From: Nemertoderma westbladi
Taxonomy: Eukaryota > Animalia > Xenacoelomorpha
Length of the DNA: 64,000 nt
Direction: 5' to 3'
Assembly (NCBI GenBank): GCA_032718475.1
Contig: JAUCBJ010006976.1
Span: 38,169-102,168 of the forward strand
Every line of letters starts with the position of its first letter. Within the stretch, counting starts at the first letter, position 1. Under the pieces are notes generated by a model. It was given only the letters and a program-made list of their open reading frames with translations. It did no database searches and was not told the DNA's origin. The translations under genes were made by a program, and so were the position numbers. Positions 63,821-64,000 of the stretch are shown in pieces.

Positions 63821-64000
63821 CGTGGCCTACCAGGCCCCCCTCGGGTTGACTCAACCCCGCCACCTCCTGCCTACTACCTACGTGGCCTACCAGGCCCCTT
63901 TCGGGTTGGCTCAACCCCGCCACTTCCTGCCTACTAACTACGTGGCCTACCAGGCCCCTTTCGGGTTGGCTCAACCCCGCCACTTCCTGCCTACTAACTA
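63821..64000 (-). repeat. 60-bp in-frame tandem repeat in the gag N-terminal region (at least 3 copies)
   Basis: Unit CGTGGCCTACCAGGCCCCTTTCGGGTTGGCTCAACCCCGCCACTTCCTGCCTACTAACTA; the minus strand encodes VAGLSQPERGLVGHVVSRQE repeats. Confidence 0.9.

Larger units (their letters stand above)
52830..64000 (-). mobile_element. BEL/Pao LTR retrotransposon, antisense in a JIP3/4 intron, with an extra 3' ORF; 5' end outside the window, 3' boundary approximate
   Basis: Order gag-protease-RT-RNase H-integrase-DUF5641-like tail on the minus strand. Composition switches from AT-rich intron to GC-richer, minus-strand purine-rich DNA near 52830 (minus strand ends ...CCAGGTAAACA). Confidence 0.93.
60691..64000 (-). 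pseudogene. BEL/Pao gag-protease, interrupted by a homopolymer frameshift (~62445), a LINE insertion and a TGA at 60691
   Basis: ELPPVEPFKFDG...KYLQAYTGGPA...AWRALDREYG (DUF1759-like capsid), CQLH...H...C and CSQCVMSGHRANQC knuckles, protease LVDSGA. Confidence 0.9.

Overview
Eukaryotic (invertebrate-animal-like) genomic DNA. Bases 1-40331 are one 40-bp satellite array with nested kilobase-scale duplications. From 41115 on, the + strand carries six phase-compatible internal coding exons (plus one candidate 45-nt cassette exon) of a JIP3/JIP4-family (MAPK8IP3/SPAG9, Sunday driver/UNC-16) kinesin-JNK scaffold gene, so everything else in the window appears to be intronic. The introns hold 16-, 19-, 50- and 52-bp tandem arrays (one amplifies a branch-point motif, one amplifies the 5' splice site), LINE fragments, tRNA-SINE heads and an inverted Penelope-like repeat with two minimal hammerhead ribozymes. 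From about 52830 to the window end is an antisense, mildly degenerate BEL/Pao LTR retrotransposon. Its most unusual feature is a long extra reading frame 3' of pol (about 850 codons once one stop and one frameshift are repaired). This frame encodes a WRN/EXD/Mut-7-like DEDDy 3'-5' exonuclease followed by CCHC zinc knuckles, in the position where env would normally sit. All family assignments come from motif recognition by eye; no database searches were run.
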